Below are positions 1 to 8,871 of a stretch of 23,188 bases of DNA, piece by piece. Location of the stretch: positions 1 through 23,188 of the forward strand of contig JAQGDQ010001859.1 in assembly GCA_030141605.1 (NCBI GenBank), in the 5' to 3' direction. Position numbers and translations under genes: made by a program. The notes under the pieces were generated by a model, which did no database searches, was not told the origin of the DNA, and was given only the letters and a program-made list of their open reading frames with translations. Source of the DNA: Tubiluchus corallicola (taxonomy: Eukaryota; Animalia; Priapulida). Every line of letters begins with the position of its first letter. Position 1 is the stretch's first letter.

Positions 1-450
1 TGGTTAACCACATTCTCCAAAATGATATCCGCCAACTGCTGGGCTGTTTGTGCAGCATTTTGCAAACCAAACGGCATCACCGTAAACTCCCATTTGCCAA
101 AATCCGTGACAAAGGCAGATACTGGCTGTGACTCTTTTGCCAGTGGGACTTGCCAGTATGCCTTTGTCATGTCAATCACAGAAATCCATTCTGCTCCATG
201 CATCTCATCTAGGAGTTCGTCAGTCCTTGGAACTGGGTACTGCAAGAAGAGTGTCAACTTGTTGACTTGACGATAGTCTACGCAAAATCTTATTGCGGTT
301 CCTTGGTCTTTCGGAACAAGCAGAGCTGGTGACGACCATGGAGATTCAGACTTCCGGATAGCACCAATCTTCTCCATTTCTTGAATTTCTTTTCTCACCA
401 ATTCTTTCCGGGCTTGTGGAATCCGGTACGCTCTCTGATGTACAGGCTTG
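1..450 (-). other. Reverse transcriptase domain, N-terminal part
   Basis: Translation reads ...PVHQRAYRIP...GAIRKSESPWSSPALLVPK...IRFCVDYRQVNK...YPVPRTDELLD...IDMTKAYWQVPL...FTVMPFGLQNA. Confidence 0.95.
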
Positions 451-3400
451 CAATCTTCATGTGCTAACAGGATTTTGTGCTTAATCAAGGAAGTGCGTCC
501 AGGGATATCTGTAAAAATATCACTGTAATCCTGAAGCACCATTTGGAGTTCTATCTTTTGTTCTGCAGACAAGTACTTGGGGATGGCTACATCATGTACA
601 AATTGTGTTTGCTGGGCTCCTGGCGTAAATGCTTCCTCTGGTAGGTGGGCAGCTTGGAGCATGTCAGCGAAAGAGTCAGAAGCTTGGGTGTCCGAGTGCA
701 AATCATCGACCCCTGGGAATTCATATCCTGATTCCAAACACTGAGTGTACAAAGCTAAACTCTCCGAGCGTCTGATATACGGTTTGAGGAGATTGATGTG
801 GAATGTCTGAGTTCTTTTCTTTCTGCCACGACCAGTAATGGCGACTTTATAAGTATGCTCAGAAATTTTGTCCACTACCTGATAAGGTCCGCGCCACTGT
901 TTAGACAGCTTGTTGTGAGCCTCGGGAAGTAGTACTAAAACTTCTTGGCCAACTTCTAATGCACGCATAGTTGTGAGCCGATCATACCAGCGCTTCTGCG
1001 CCAACTTTGCTTCCTGTAGAGCAGTATGAGCATCTTCTGTTGTTTGCTCAAGCTCATTGATAACACGATGGACGTAGTCGTCTACCTGTTCTAGTGTTGG
1101 TGGATCCAGATCACCCCACTTGCGACGTAATGCAGCCATGGGGCCCCTCACAGGAAAGCCATAGACAAGCTCAAATGGGCTGTATTTCAATGATTCTTGA
1201 GGCACCTCGCGATAGGCAAATAATACAAAAGGTATCAACTCATCCCATTCCATCGAGCGCTGGGTTTGTAGAAGTTTTCGTATCGAATTCTTTAGTGAAG
1301 AGTTAAATCTTTCTGTCACTCCCTGAGATTCTGGGTGGTAAGGTGTTGAGAAAATGCCTTTCACACTGAGTGCTTGCTCAAGGTCTGCAATAAGTGTTGA
1401 TGTAAATTGTGTCCCTCTGTCTGACTGTATTGTTCTAGGTACACCATGCCTGCAGATGAATTGAAGCAAAGCTTTTGCAACTTCACTAGCAGTTTCTGTC
1501 TTCAATGGATATGCATCTGGGTACCTGGTAGCTTGGTCGACTATAACCAATGCGTACTTGTGTCCAGCTTTAGTCCTGGGCATTGGCCCAATAAGATCAA
1601 TGCATATAGTAGAGAAAGGTTCTTTAACTACCGGATGTGGCTTCAAGGGTGCTCTATCCCTTTTCATGACCCTGGAAGTCTTCTGGCAGGCTGGACAAGA
1701 CTTAACATAGCTTTCTACTTGCTTACGCATTCCAGGCCAACAGTACTGACTTGCAATACGATCCCAAGTCTTCTTTTGACCTTGGTGAGCAGAAGTTAGT
1801 CCATCATGAGCCAATTTGATGACTTCTTGACGTCTGGCTTTAGGTAGTGCCAAACGATGCAGTATTGTGCCATGAGCTTTAGTAATTACATGTAAAACTC
1901 CATCTTCTAGATAGTAGCCACTTTTGCTTTCGATGCATTCGTTTTTAGGCTTAACGTGATCTAGCCAGTTGCGTAACGTTACGTCGGCTTTCTGTTCTTC
2001 TGCGAGCTTGGCCTTGCTCAGTGAGTCTAAGACTGATTGTTGCTTACTGGCAGTTTTCTCCTTTATGACTGGTAGTGGCACATCTCGTTCACTCTGCCTT
2101 TGAGTTCTGGCCTCAGCTTTTGCATCTTCAGCCAATATCTTTGCTTTAGCTCTTGTCGTCACCGGCAACACAAAATTTAAAGTTTTACTTCTCTTATCTG
2201 GGTGAGAACGTTGCCTTTTCCTTTTGGTTTTACCTTTCACAGCCATTGCATAAGTTGCTTTCTGTGTGATGGGATCCTCAACTGTATTGTTGGGCTTTTT
2301 CTTTACATCAGCAGTTAAGGAAGACCATATTGGCTTATTCAGACATGTTTCTCCAGCCGTCATCGGCTTTAACTCTGCCATAAAATCATTACCAAGTATC
2401 AGAGGTACTGGGCTGCTTGACACAACAGCAACGGTTAAGAATCCTGTGGCATATGGACTGGACACTTCAACCACCGCCACTGGGCATGACTTATTACAGT
2501 CATGGATGCATCTAAGATCGTGGTAAACATCTTTGAGATATTGATCATCTCTTACATAGCTTGGATTAGCCACACTTCTAGAAGCTCCTGTATCACGTAG
2601 GCCCAAAACATTAACTCCATTTAAAGTAGCATGGAAATAAGGGTGCCCTGTTACACACTGAGTAGGTCCAACTTCGGCAGTAGCTAACATTACAGCTTCA
2701 CTTGGTTTTAAAGCTAAAAGTTGCTTGTATGGTGTTTTTGGTTTCTCAGGAGGAGTTACACCAGTTCGTTGTGCTCTTTTCAGTGAACAGGCATTAGACA
2801 CGTGACCCACTTTTCCGCAATGGTAACAAGTCAGGTTACGATTAGCCGCAGGTGGACTAAAAGTATTACGCTTACTGTCAGAAAATTGTCGCCTGCAATT
2901 ATCTGGTGCTGGAGGTTTAAATCTCGACAATGAGGACCGAGGATTTTGTGCAGACATGTATGCATCAGCTTTCTCAGCTGCCTCATCAAGGTCGTACACG
3001 GCGTTCTTCTTGAGCCAAAGTGCTACTTCTGCAGGCAGAATAGCCATGAATTGCTCGTATACCAGAAGATCAATGGCTTCCTCAACTGTGCTAACTGAAA
3101 GTGATTTGCCCCAATTCTTTGCAGCTTGCCTTAGCCGTACCAAAACTTGTGCACAAGTCTCGTCCTTTTTCTTTATAAGGTCACGAAAGGTCACACGATA
3201 ACTTTCCGGACTGATTAAGTAAGCCTGAAGAATTGCTTGTTTGACCTTCTCATAATCCTGCACATCTTCATCGTCTACAAGCTGGAAAGCATGGCAGGCT
3301 TTTCCAGATAAATGAGGAGCCAAAGACGCACAATAGCGAGTCATAGGGATGCTGTTGACAGCGCAAGTTTTCTCAAAATACGTGAGCCATTCTAAAATAG

Positions 3401-4058
3401 TTTCACATTGTCCCTCTTTATAGGGTCTCAACTTCAAGCGTTTCTCATTAGCTGCTGAAAAATTTCTCTCATCCGGAGTGGGGGTTAAAGCCGCTGTAGA
3501 TGCTGAACGATCCGTCCTTTCAGCCATCCTTAGCTCATGCTCCCGACACTCTCTACGTTCTCTTAGCTCCAATTCGCGCATGCTCAGTTCATTCTCCAAC
3601 CTCATTTTCTCCAGTTGAAGGATAAGTGTGGCTTGGTCCTGTGTTTGGACACCTGCCAAATCATAATTCCCTGCTACGTTCGCACCAGAAAATGTTCCTC
3701 GCCCTTTTCCTTTAGATAGTGGTGTAGGCGCAATCCTTGAAAGTTCTGGTGGACTTGGAGTTGTCATCAATGCTGCACCCAATGTCTCTTCTTCTTTTTC
3801 ATCCTCTTCTTCTTCCTTTCCTTCTCTGTCTTCTTCTTCATTTTCTGTGAGAAGCTTCTCCACTGCACTATGCCCAGTTACGCTCATTCCAGGGCCCTGA
3901 AGGGAATTTAGCATTGCCTGCTGTTTCAAAATAGCATCTATTAAAGTAGGCTTTGTTCTGGGAAGGACTGATATGCCGATTTCACGTGCAATTACTTTAA
4001 GTGTTTCAACAGTCTCATAGTTCAATGAAACAGGTGTGAAAGTCGCTTTATGAGACAT
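1..4058 (-). CDS. Gag-Pol polyprotein of a Gmr1-like Ty3/Gypsy LTR retrotransposon (truncated by window edge inside RT)
   Basis: ATG at 4058 (MSHKATF...). CCHC knuckle (2828), LRDTGA (D at 2592-2594), integrase HHCC (H at 1806-1808) and RT MPFGL (M at 75-77) all fall in the same minus frame. The ORF track lists no closed minus ORF here, which fits one open frame of >1350 codons leaving the window. Confidence 0.95.
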   Translation of the reverse strand, partial: MSHKATFTPVSLNYETVETLKVIAREIGISVLPRTKPTLIDAILKQQAMLNSLQGPGMSVTGHSAVEKLLTENEEEDREGKEEEEDEKEEETLGAALMTTPSPPELSRIAPTPLSKGKGRGTFSGANVAGNYDLAGVQTQDQATLILQLEKMRLENELSMRELELRERRECREHELRMAERTDRSASTAALTPTPDERNFSAANEKRLKLRPYKEGQCETILEWLTYFEKTCAVNSIPMTRYCASLAPHLSGKACHAFQLVDDEDVQDYEKVKQAILQAYLISPESYRVTFRDLIKKKDETCAQVLVRLRQAAKNWGKSLSVSTVEEAIDLLVYEQFMAILPAEVALWLKKNAVYDLDEAAEKADAYMSAQNPRSSLSRFKPPAPDNCRRQFSDSKRNTFSPPAANRNLTCYHCGKVGHVSNACSLKRAQRTGVTPPEKPKTPYKQLLALKPSEAVMLATAEVGPTQCVTGHPYFHATLNGVNVLGLRDTGASRSVANPSYVRDDQYLKDVYHDLRCIHDCNKSCPVAVVEVSSPYATGFLTVAVVSSSPVPLILGNDFMAELKPMTAGETCLNKPIWSSLTADVKKKPNNTVEDPITQKATYAMAVKGKTKRKRQRSHPDKRSKTLNFVLPVTTRAKAKILAEDAKAEARTQRQSERDVPLPVIKEKTASKQQSVLDSLSKAKLAEEQKADVTLRNWLDHVKPKNECIESKSGYYLEDGVLHVITKAHGTILHRLALPKARRQEVIKLAHDGLTSAHQGQKKTWDRIASQYCWPGMRKQVESYVKSCPACQKTSRVMKRDRAPLKPHPVVKEPFSTICIDLIGPMPRTKAGHKYALVIVDQATRYPDAYPLKTETASEVAKALLQFICRHGVPRTIQSDRGTQFTSTLIADLEQALSVKGIFSTPYHPESQGVTERFNSSLKNSIRKLLQTQRSMEWDELIPFVLFAYREVPQESLKYSPFELVYGFPVRGPMAALRRKWGDLDPPTLEQVDDYVHRVINELEQTTEDAHTALQEAKLAQKRWYDRLTTMRALEVGQEVLVLLPEAHNKLSKQWRGPYQVVDKISEHTYKVAITGRGRKKRTQTFHINLLKPYIRRSESLALYTQCLESGYEFPGVDDLHSDTQASDSFADMLQAAHLPEEAFTPGAQQTQFVHDVAIPKYLSAEQKIELQMVLQDYSDIFTDIPGRTSLIKHKILLAHEDCKPVHQRAYRIPQARKELVRKEIQEMEKIGAIRKSESPWSSPALLVPKDQGTAIRFCVDYRQVNKLTLFLQYPVPRTDELLDEMHGAEWISVIDMTKAYWQVPLAKESQPVSAFVTDFGKWEFTVMPFGLQNAAQTAQQLADIILENVVN
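790..1870 (-). other. Integrase (HHCC zinc finger, DDE core, GPY/F tail)
   Basis: LAHDGLTSAHQG...WPGMRKQVESYVKSCPACQ; ICIDLIGP; IQSDRGTQF; YHPESQGVTERFN; WRGPYQV near 880. Confidence 0.95.
2360..2640 (-). other. Retropepsin aspartic protease
   Basis: VLGLRDTGASRS active site and downstream LILGNDF motif. Confidence 0.9.
2787..2828 (-). other. Gag CCHC zinc knuckle
   Basis: CYHCGKVGHVSNAC matches C-X2-C-X4-H-X4-C. Confidence 0.95.
2955..3255 (-). other. SCAN-like capsid C-terminal domain of Gag
   Basis: YEKVKQAILQAYLISPESYRVTFR...RLRQAAKNW...DLLVYEQFMAILPAEVALWLKK...EAAEKADAY resembles the SCAN/Gmr1 capsid consensus. Confidence 0.85.
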
Positions 4059-4231
4059 GACATTTACTGGGAAGGGTTTGCGTAATTGTAGAGTAACAAT
4101 GTTTACATGTACCTACACTGAGGGTGTCTACTTTAATTCTGATTATGAAACACCCGTTTCAATAATGCAATACTTTACTCAAAGCGTTCTATTAATCAAC
4201 TGTAATAACCAGCAGCTCAATAACTGACAAG

Positions 4232-4249
4232 ATCCCACCGCTGCCACCA
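4232..4249 (-). promoter_or_regulatory. Primer-binding site, tRNA-Leu
   Basis: Minus strand TGGTGGCAGCGGTGGGAT is complementary to the eukaryotic tRNA-Leu 3' end (AUCCCACCGCUGCCACCA, from memory). It lies 3 nt from the LTR end ...GCGTCACA. Confidence 0.9.
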
Positions 4250-4583
4250 AAATGTGACGCCGGGTTTTACTTGTTGGTTTTCTGTTCCTTATTTAAGCCA
4301 GATTTTCTTCAACAATTCCCAAACTAGTACTCCTAGCCGAGCGGAGAGGTAGTAGTACACAGATGTTAATAGTTTAGAAACTGAATCAGTTTCTCATAGG
4401 TACCTACGGGGCGTACCTTGAGATAAGAGTGGGATCTTAAGTGTCGGCCTTGAGTTGCTGTTATTGTGTTTAGCTAACAAAGTGTGAACTATTCATAATA
4501 TTTTCACTATTCAAATACCTTTTAAACGTTCACAAACAAACGCACTCCAAGATACATATTTTGTGTATAAAGAACAATCAAAA

Positions 4584-4589
4584 TTTAAT
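4584..4589 (-). terminator. LTR polyadenylation signal (ATTAAA), near the R/U5 boundary
   Basis: Minus strand ATTAAA, CA dinucleotides about 20 nt downstream (~4563-4566), then GT-rich GTGCGTTTGTTTGTG. Confidence 0.55.
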
Positions 4590-5047
4590 TAACAAATTTG
4601 TGATGATATGATCAAAAAGATAATTTTCAAAAGCAATCAGATAAATACGAGGCAAAACCCAACTAAAGATAAACAAATTAAATTCTAATACACTAGGTAC
4701 TCACTAATTACCCTTTCCCTGGGAGGTGCACCGAAAAACCTGTCCACGCTGAGATGGTTTACTGTCCATTAACGTCTTGGCATGCCACATAATCACTGGT
4801 GACGTCACTGGAAACGAAGTGTGCACTGTCCCGTCTATGAGGTAGGTGAGATGACATCGTGAATGGTTTAACTTTCTCAGAGGCTAGCGTCAGGTAAATT
4901 TATGCAGTGATATTCAGTCCAAACTTTCCACATGAACAGTAGTAACTCCATAACGGCTTAAGCAAATTATCCCCAGTATCCATTTGGCTGTAAACTCCGA
5001 TGGTACACAAAATGTATCACAACGTATCTAGACTGCTCGAAAACGTT

Positions 5048-5080
5048 ACTGTCCTTTAACTGTAATCACAGCTATATATA
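5048..5080 (-). promoter_or_regulatory. LTR core promoter (TATA + Inr), predicted TSS ~5050
   Basis: Minus strand TATATATAG starts at 5080; the A of an ACAGT initiator-like motif is at 5050, exactly 30 nt downstream. Confidence 0.55.
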
Positions 5081-5277
5081 ATGCTAAATGCCAAACTGCA
5101 ACACATTACATAGTCTGCAGGTAACACGTACAGAGCAAACGTCTTTACTTCATAGCTATAGACGTGCCGACTGAAGCCGTCGAAATAAAACTAGTACGAC
5201 AACCTGGTTTCCAAATTATGCACTTGTTGAAGGACAGGTGTGTGGCTTTCCCATCCCGCAGTACTTACAGTACCTAT

Positions 5278-5949
5278 TCATAATACTAGGTAAACATTCA
5301 TGTATAGTAAACTGTTCATAACAACTTGGTTAGACAGTAAGATGTCTTCATCTGTATAGCGTGCAGTAAGCTCAAGCACAGAGTGGGGGTCCGATAGTTG
5401 CAAGATCGATTCTGACAATTGGTCTATCTTCTGAAGTCTGGCCTTGAGTGAGGCTATGCAAGTTTTAACCCGCTGTAAATATTGACTGGGGTTTCGTGAG
5501 ATAACACTAGAAGAAGCTGAGATAAGAGTGTTGGCTTCTAGTTCATCTTTGTGTATTTGTTCAATTTGTTTGGCTCGGATAAGCATAAAAGAAGAAAGTC
5601 TAGCGTTGGCCGCCACTTGCTGGGGTTCGATTTTCATCGCAGCTGCAGGATTCGAAGTAGGCAGCAAAGGAATAGCTGTAGTAGTAATTGTAGCCGTACC
5701 CGTAGTTACAGGTTTAGCCGCTGTCGTCGAAGCTAGCGTGTCAGTAGTAGTGACAGTAACAACAGGCTTCTTAGGTTTAACCCCTTGATAACCATCTGAG
5801 GGAAGCGGATCAACAGATGAAGTTTGATCCAAAGTTTCTGCCTCAAATTCAGTTTCAGTATCAGAAAGATGTTGTTCGTCTCCTGATTCATATGTACTTT
5901 TTAACGCTTCTTCCATCTTAGCCGTTTTACTACGAGTCTGTATAGACAT
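5278..5949 (-). CDS. 223-aa accessory ORF inside the putative LTR U3 (acidic and Thr-rich N-half, predicted helical/coiled-coil C-half)
   Basis: Uninterrupted non-repetitive 672-nt ORF, same sense as gag-pol, starting MSIQTRSK, directly preceded by a branch point, pyrimidine tract and CAG acceptor. Confidence 0.75.
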   Translation of the reverse strand: MSIQTRSKTAKMEEALKSTYESGDEQHLSDTETEFEAETLDQTSSVDPLPSDGYQGVKPKKPVVTVTTTDTLASTTAAKPVTTGTATITTTAIPLLPTSNPAAAMKIEPQQVAANARLSSFMLIRAKQIEQIHKDELEANTLISASSSVISRNPSQYLQRVKTCIASLKARLQKIDQLSESILQLSDPHSVLELTARYTDEDILLSNQVVMNSLLYMNVYLVL

Positions 5950-5954
5950 GTATG

Positions 5955-5975
5955 CTGTAAAGTAATAGGATTAGG
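5955..5975 (-). promoter_or_regulatory. 3' splice acceptor immediately upstream of the 223-aa ORF
   Basis: Minus strand cCTAATcctattactttaCAG|catacATG: branch-point-like CTAAT (5974-5970), pyrimidine-rich tract, CAG at 5957-5955. Confidence 0.65.
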
Positions 5976-7594
5976 ACACAAGATGAACAATCACGTTTAA
6001 CAATCAATCAATTTTATCAAACCTTAAAAGGTACACAAACTATACGCAATCAAATAAGAATGAATATTTGTAGTACTAGTTAGTTATGTGCTGTATAAAC
6101 GCTGCGACCTTTTCCAGCCCTTGACCTTGGAGCCGATACGCTATGCTACAGCTATAAACAAAAATGACCCAGATTTAAGCTGTACAGCAAAACGTCCTAG
6201 TTAAACTCGTAAACCTGTAGAAAAAATTTTGTCAGCGAAGTAAGCTGTAAAATAAAATGTTATCAGACTATATACTATGCTAGGCTGAAAATAAAAGGTA
6301 GAAATTACAATATTTAGTTTTGCTGTCACAAATTACGTGCCTTACGAGAAGCATAAAATCAATACCAAAGGCTACCATTAAGAATACAACAAACGTATGA
6401 TTCAAGTTATAGCGTTATATCTTACTATTATAGTAAGCCTTGTGCTTCTCTACAGGTCTTATCAACGTCAGCTTATTTGTATCAGTAGCGCTAAACTAAA
6501 TGACTCGAGCGCATATAATTTATAAAACTGACTATAAAAATATGAAGCACCCTCCCGAGGGCAAAGAACTTTTTGGACAGCAGCAAAATTTGCAAAATTT
6601 AAGCAGCCTAGCAAGTGCTCACACTTCAAATATTGACGGATTTAATTTAAGCAAAACCGGTGTGAGGCACAATGTGAAAAATGCTCGTTTTTTCATAAAT
6701 GTTTTGTGGGAGAGACGTCGGCCTGGTTCTTAATTAAACAATTACGTGGAAGTGTATATAGTCTAGTATGGTTTTTATAGAGAAAGGTGCATAACGCTTA
6801 AGTCTACGAGTTGATAATTAGAATGGTTTGCTGTTACTGAAACATATAATTTAGACTAAATTTTGACTCTTAACAAAAACTTCATAACCATTGGTTTAAA
6901 AGGAGTGGCCACCCAAATAAAATTTATTCAATTCACAAGATCTGTCGCAATTACATAGTTACTACTTATAACAGCAGTAAACCTAATTATAGATACACAT
7001 CAGCACATAACCAAAAAAAAAACTATTAAAGAAAGGGGGAAAAATTCACCTAACGAATTAGGCGGACCATTTGACGTCTGCTTGTAGGAAAAGCAACCGT
7101 CAAATGCTCCCTGTACAATGGTGACGAAGGAATTTATAGCTTCGGAATGAAGCCCGTATGAATAACTCAAGGTTAACCTAATTGAATCACTCTAGATAAA
7201 TTTGCAAAGGTTATAGAACCGGAATAAACTAGTTTACAATGCTGTAGAGTAGAATTCAATCACGGGAATCCGTGACAATGTATATATATTTATATTTATA
7301 TGTAGCAAGATTTGGGTACAACTCAGGGCGTACGAGAAGGACACAATCGGACACAGGACTCATCAAGGGCGTATCCAGGTAGTAAAGTTAGGGGGAGCAA
7401 GCAAATGAAAAAGGCGCCGCCGTGACAACAACCAAACAATTTTTAACAGTCAGAATATATAATTGTCAGTAGGCAATGGTGTCTAAAAATCACGTGACAG
7501 GTGATTAATAATATATTATATTATAATAATAAGATTTGGAACAATTTAATTCTTGGTTGAACCAGTCAGCCTTGACAAATGAGTTACATAAATG

Positions 7595-7744
<150 letters not shown>

Positions 7745-7984
7745 AATTCACTTCGGTGGCTATAGTTAACGAATAAGACTAATTTTCGGCCCACATAGGC
7801 ATTAACAGTTGATAAAACGTTTACATTGAACTAAACATGTTAGCTTAAGCCTACTACTAAACAACGTCGACTGTACAAGCAGACCTGCTCTGTGCAATAC
7901 ATTCTATTACAGGGAACAGGAAGTATCACAGGTAAGGACGCCAGTTTTGTTGCTTAGAATGGTCGATTCCGAAGCCACGCCAGG

Positions 7985-8021
7985 TATAAAAGCCCGTGAC
8001 AAGCGAGGTACAGTCTCTTTT
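7985..8021 (+). promoter_or_regulatory. TATA box plus TCT/5'TOP-like initiator
   Basis: TATAAAAG at 7985-7992. TCTCTTT at 8014-8020 matches YC(+1)TYTYY with C8015 30 nt from the TATA. A GTAAGT donor follows at 8034. Confidence 0.6.
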
Positions 8022-8231
8022 GTCTGAGCGACTGTAAGTATCGCATATTCCCTTTTTTGTAGTGCGAAGTGTTAATATTATTAGTTTACTGTGTGAATTA
8101 TTATTGCCATTTGTGTTTTTACTTGAATAATGTTATTTAGAAGACTCGAGTGTAAGTATTTTGTACTATTATTACTGACTGATGTTATATTCGAACAAAC
8201 TTGTGGGGTAAGAAAATAGTTTTAAAACTTC

Positions 8232-8242
8232 CAACATGGCGG
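8232..8242 (+). promoter_or_regulatory. YY1-like motif
   Basis: CAACATGGCGG matches the AANATGGCG consensus, about 220 nt downstream of the predicted TSS. Confidence 0.4.
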
Positions 8243-8871
8243 ACACGGGCAACTACGTGGCATAAATTTGTAGTGTCATTTTGGGTGTTTATTAAATGAA
8301 TCCCAGCGACTTTAAACGTGAATGTAACCGATTTTTTTTACGTTTCGTCCCACGTATAGTATGCTCAAACTATTAGGGGTGTCTGATTCGGTAACGTCAC
8401 GTTTTTGCTAGTATAATAAAATGTTTGTTTTTTATGTCGGATATAAACAAACTTGGTTTGATTTGCGTTGATCAGAATTTCAAACATTTTTGTTAGCTGG
8501 AAGTTTACATATTTGCACAGCAGGGTGTTCTTAAATGTAAACTATTTCGGTGATTAACAGTTACTATTACAGTTTAGACACACATGGAAGATAATATTAT
8601 CGAAACATGTCATACAAACATGCTGATGTTTTATGACTAAAACGTTTCATCTTAAGAATGTTTAATTTAAAAATTTTGAAAAATTTAAATTTGGAATTTT
8701 TAAATATTGCAGCTTTTGCTTTCCTAGATTATAATTTTTTAAAACATTTTTGTTTCTGGAAATTAACATATTTGCGGAGCAAAATTTTCTTAAATGTAAA
8801 TTTCAGTAATTAGGCCTTATAATTGACTTTTACAATTTAAATACATTATTACAGTTTAACAACCCCTCTGA

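Larger units (their letters stand above)
1..7277 (-). mobile_element. Gmr1-clade LTR retrotransposon, 5' half (5' LTR, PBS, gag, PR, IN, start of RT); outer boundary 6330 or 7277
   Basis: Gypsy-type RT motifs (SPWSSP, RFCVDYR, IDMTKAYWQV, MPFGL) with integrase placed before RT, which is diagnostic of Gmr1. The PBS lies next to an LTR end (...GTCACA). Confidence 0.88.
4253..7277 (-). repeat. Putative 5' LTR, about 2.1 kb (to 6330) or 3.0 kb (to 7277)
   Basis: Inner end is TGTGACG at 4253, adjacent to the PBS. Candidate outer ends are GTCACA at 6325-6330 (perfect 6-bp inverted terminus) or CGTGACA at 7271-7277 (6/7 match, followed by AT-rich flank). The second LTR is outside the window, so the length is unproven. 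Confidence 0.6.

Noticed and set aside
22-3201. Short plus-strand ORFs listed in the track
   Set aside because: Antisense shadows of gag-pol with no recognisable motifs.
4232-4249. tRNA-Leu gene
   Set aside because: Only the 18-nt 3' end including CCA is present, with no cloverleaf; it is the PBS.
7416-7427. Third candidate LTR outer end (gccgccgtgaca)
   Set aside because: It lies beyond an AT-rich break at 7278-7302 and within what looks like a separate short repeat fragment; less likely than 6330 or 7277 but not excluded.
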